From Yuukianura sp. NJ FZ-2021 (taxonomy: Eukaryota), in contig CM102289.1 in assembly GCA_046563655.1 (NCBI GenBank), forward strand, positions 6,944,001-7,008,000: a stretch of 64,000 nt of DNA. Direction: 5' to 3'. The notes beneath the pieces are model-generated. The model was not told the DNA's origin. It saw only the letters and a program-made list of their open reading frames with translations, and ran no database searches. Of the stretch, positions 61,247-64,000 are shown in pieces; position 1 is the first letter of the stretch, and the number at the start of each line of letters is the position of its first letter. The translations under genes were made by a program, and so were the position numbers.

Positions 61247-63281
61247 TTAATTCCTGAATACCACAAAATAGTTTAAAAATGCCGCCATGAGGAAACCGGA
61301 AACTGAAACTGCCACTTGAGTAGCACTGCTCAATGCTGCCGCTTCCCCAGCATGTCTCATTGCATGCGCAATGAAAGTCTGGTCATTGACTCCAGTAAAT
61401 AAATGGGCGAATGGTCCTTTAGCAAAAATCAAAACGTCTTCACCAGCATGATTTGCAGAATCTTTCGGAATAAGCGCCATTTGGATGTAGTTGATGTCGT
61501 CAGTAGGTGTTGTTGTTTCTTCACTCAAGTCGGCCCGGGAACACACCGAATTTTTGAATTCCGGACGCCGATAGCCGGGTCCACTGACATACGAGAGTGT
61601 AGTGGCTGGAAGACCGTCTCCAGTGTACTCCTGTGGATCTCCATTGAATCCAAAAATGGAAGCTCCTCTGTTCGGAGTTCCATGAATTGAAAGCAAGTGC
61701 GAATGATCAGAAGAAACTACAATCAGCGTCTCCTCATCTGTAGTGAGTTCATCTGCTTTTTGAATTGCTTTGTTAAATTCAATTGCTTCTACCAAGGCAC
61801 GTTGAGCATTGTTGTCGTGATGGGCTTTGTCGATGTTACCACCTGAGATTTATGGAATTTAAAAAATTTGAATTTAAAATTTTGAAAAATTTGATCATCA
61901 CAACCTCAGTGGCTCTGCTGGGACTTAAAATGTGAAGTTTCAAAATACCTTCGACAAACAGAAAATAACCGTTTGGATTTTTGCTCAGAATTTTGATGGC
62001 GACTTCCGTCATTTCGGCTAAAGTTGGATCATTTTGGGCTTCTCTTGTGTCATTGTAAGCCATATCTCCGTAAGCAAACAAACCAAACAGAAAATCTACT
62101 TGCGCAGCGTCAATTGCCAAAAGTTCACTTCGAAGCGTAACGCTTTTAGAATTGTTACTTTTCCCGGTAGCCCATTCTTGCATTAAGTCTCGACCATCAC
62201 GCCGTTTTCCACTTTCATGAGGAGCCTCGGGATCGGTGTGTCCTGTTCCCAAGAAATGCCTTCGACCGCCACCAAGAATAACATTGACATCTTTTCCTGG
62301 ACTTTGCACAATCAGTTGCTGAGCAATGTCGATACACGTTGTAGGGTCTTTTCCAGCAGCAAAAACTTCGGCATCATCTTCCCAGTCACGGTCGGCCGCA
62401 TGAGCATAGAAACCGGCCGGACTTGCGTCGGTAATGGACGTTACAGTGACAATTCCAGTTGACATGTTACGACTCTGAGCCCACGTGATTAAGGACTGTG
62501 CATGATTCAGTGGATCCATACTTTGGTCACAGTTTTTAAAGTCAACATTAGCGTTGACTCCAAGCGTGTGAAAGTTGCCTTTGAGACCGGAGGCATAGGC
62601 TGTGCTAGTACACGCGGAATCTCCAACTTGTACGTCGTTGCAAAACGTCTGAAAATTAGGTTTAAAAAATCGCGGGAATTTAAATAAGTCTCATTTTTTG
62701 AATTTTTAGTGTAGTTTTGTTGTCAAGGGTCAAACCTTGGATGCTCCAACATACGGAAAAGTTTCCATGTATAGCTGCCCATCTTCGCCTAGCAGCCCTT
62801 CTTGCTGACCTTTCAAAATTCTTGCTGCTGTAACTGTTGACACGCCCATGCCGTCACCAATCATCAAAATCAAATTTTTGGCGCCAGTTTCAATTCTCGG
62901 CTGACTCAACTTCTTTTGAATGGATTCTGTAGCACTTGTTGCCCAAACTTCCGGCACTGTTAAAAATCCCAAAATGTTCAAATTCAACTTGAATTTCTAT
63001 TTTTGAAATATTTTTAAACGAAAAGTTTGTATGCTTGAGTATTACGTTCATTAGCAATACGCGCATCTCTTCTGGGTCGAGGTCTTTGATCGGCTGGGTG
63101 TCGGCTGAACTCTGAAAATTAAAATTTAAGTAAAAATTCCCGCTATTTTCAAAATTTTAGTAACGCATTTTTGAGTAATATAACGATCTTGTTGTTATGT
63201 TTGTTTACCTTTTGGAACAGCATGACCTAGAGTTGACACCAGAAGCAAAAGTAGACACGGAAATGCTGTGTAGTAAGCCAT
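61247..63281 (-). CDS. GPI-anchored alkaline phosphatase
   Basis: ATG at 63281 with signal peptide. AKNLILMIGDGMG, VGDSACTSTA (catalytic Ser), ILGGGR, FLFVEG-GNIDKAHH, SSDHSH, HAGEDV, hydrophobic C-terminus. Confidence 0.93.
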
Positions 63282-63820
63282 GGTCAAGCGCTTGTGCCTT
63301 GAAAGTGTCAAGGTTGAAGTGGACACACGAACTGTCGGTAGCTCTGGTGTGCAATATTTACCCGTGTACTAAACGAACAATTGTTGTAGATTATGCCTTC
63401 ACAAGTGAGGTGTTAAGATAACAATTGAAAAGTTTATCTTCCACATCACGTATTATCCTATTCTCCACTTTGAACAAATGGATCAGACGTTAGGTCGGTA
63501 CTAACCGGTCTGCACAGCAGAGATCAAAGGTCGCGTAACCTAAAACTTTGATGAAATAAAAGCTCTTGACTTTTCAAGTCATGCGTGGAGTAAACACTAT
63601 TGTACAGAATGACATTGCCATCGACATTAAATTCCTTTTAAATTCAATTGCAATTTTAATCCACCTAAGCCCCAATTCTCATTTCATAATCAGATTGGTT
63701 CCAACTGGTTATTCAAGAGGATTGGCATATGCAAAATTTCAACACTTTACAAAACTTTACACTAAAATTTTTTCCTCTGAATTCTAAATTTTTCCTCTTT
63801 ATTTAAAAAAATTATGCTAT

Positions 63821-64000
63821 TTACATGGATACTATAAAAGTGAGCACTGAGAATACTAAAACTGGTGTAATTGAATTTGCAGATTTAGAGCCACTTAAAG
63901 CAGCATGTTTCATTGCATGAGCAATGAAAGTTTGGTCATTGACTCCTGTGAAGAGATGGGCAAATGGTCCTTTGGCAAAAATCAGTACATCTTCCCCCGC
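63821..64000 (-). CDS. 3' end of another tandem alkaline phosphatase (partial)
   Basis: AGEDVLIFAKGPFAHLFTGVNDQTFIAHAMKHAA...VLVFSVLTFIVSM*, stop 63821-63823. Confidence 0.88.
   Translation of the reverse strand, partial: AGEDVLIFAKGPFAHLFTGVNDQTFIAHAMKHAALSGSKSANSITPVLVFSVLTFIVSM

Larger units (their letters stand above)
56247..61391. repeat. Tandem segmental duplication, two units of about 2.57 kb (56247-58824 and 58824-61391)
   Basis: Colinear similarity across the BCS1-like gene, its upstream region and the ALP 3' end. Junction ggtcattgacT/Tggaaca at 58824. Confidence 0.85.

Overview
AT-rich, gene-dense eukaryotic DNA with many short (about 55-110 nt) GT-AG introns. Gene content (ABCH transporter, PAN-ZP protein, Ly6/quiver-type protein, DUF229, WS/DGAT, multi-Cys secreted proteins) points to a compact arthropod genome; a springtail (Collembola) is my inference, not proven. 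About 20 genes can be spliced by hand. In order: a tandem array of secreted MpaB/Lcp-type (DUF2236) heme-oxygenase-like genes (two intact plus a divergent, probably disrupted 3' end), an ABCH half-transporter with a degenerate ATPase site, a secreted Cys-rich protein, a WS/DGAT acyltransferase, a PAN-ZP cuticle protein, alpha-carbonic anhydrase, a Ly6-like GPI protein, a small spliced Cys-rich Pmp3/YqaE-like proteolipid, Skp1, CHAF1B, Asn-tRNA synthetase, a multi-Cys secreted protein, a 4-TM LAPTM-like protein, FKBP12-like PPIase, FBXL6, DUF229, two BCS1-like AAA ATPases from a 2.57-kb tandem duplication, and tandem alkaline phosphatases. Two foldback/MITE elements share a terminal motif and 8-bp target duplications. 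The best leads are a possible surface-lipid/isoprenoid-processing neighbourhood at 0-20 kb, the degenerate ABCH, the Cys-rich Pmp3-like microprotein, and an alkaline phosphatase with E. coli-type active-site residues. All calls come from manual motif reading; no searches were run.
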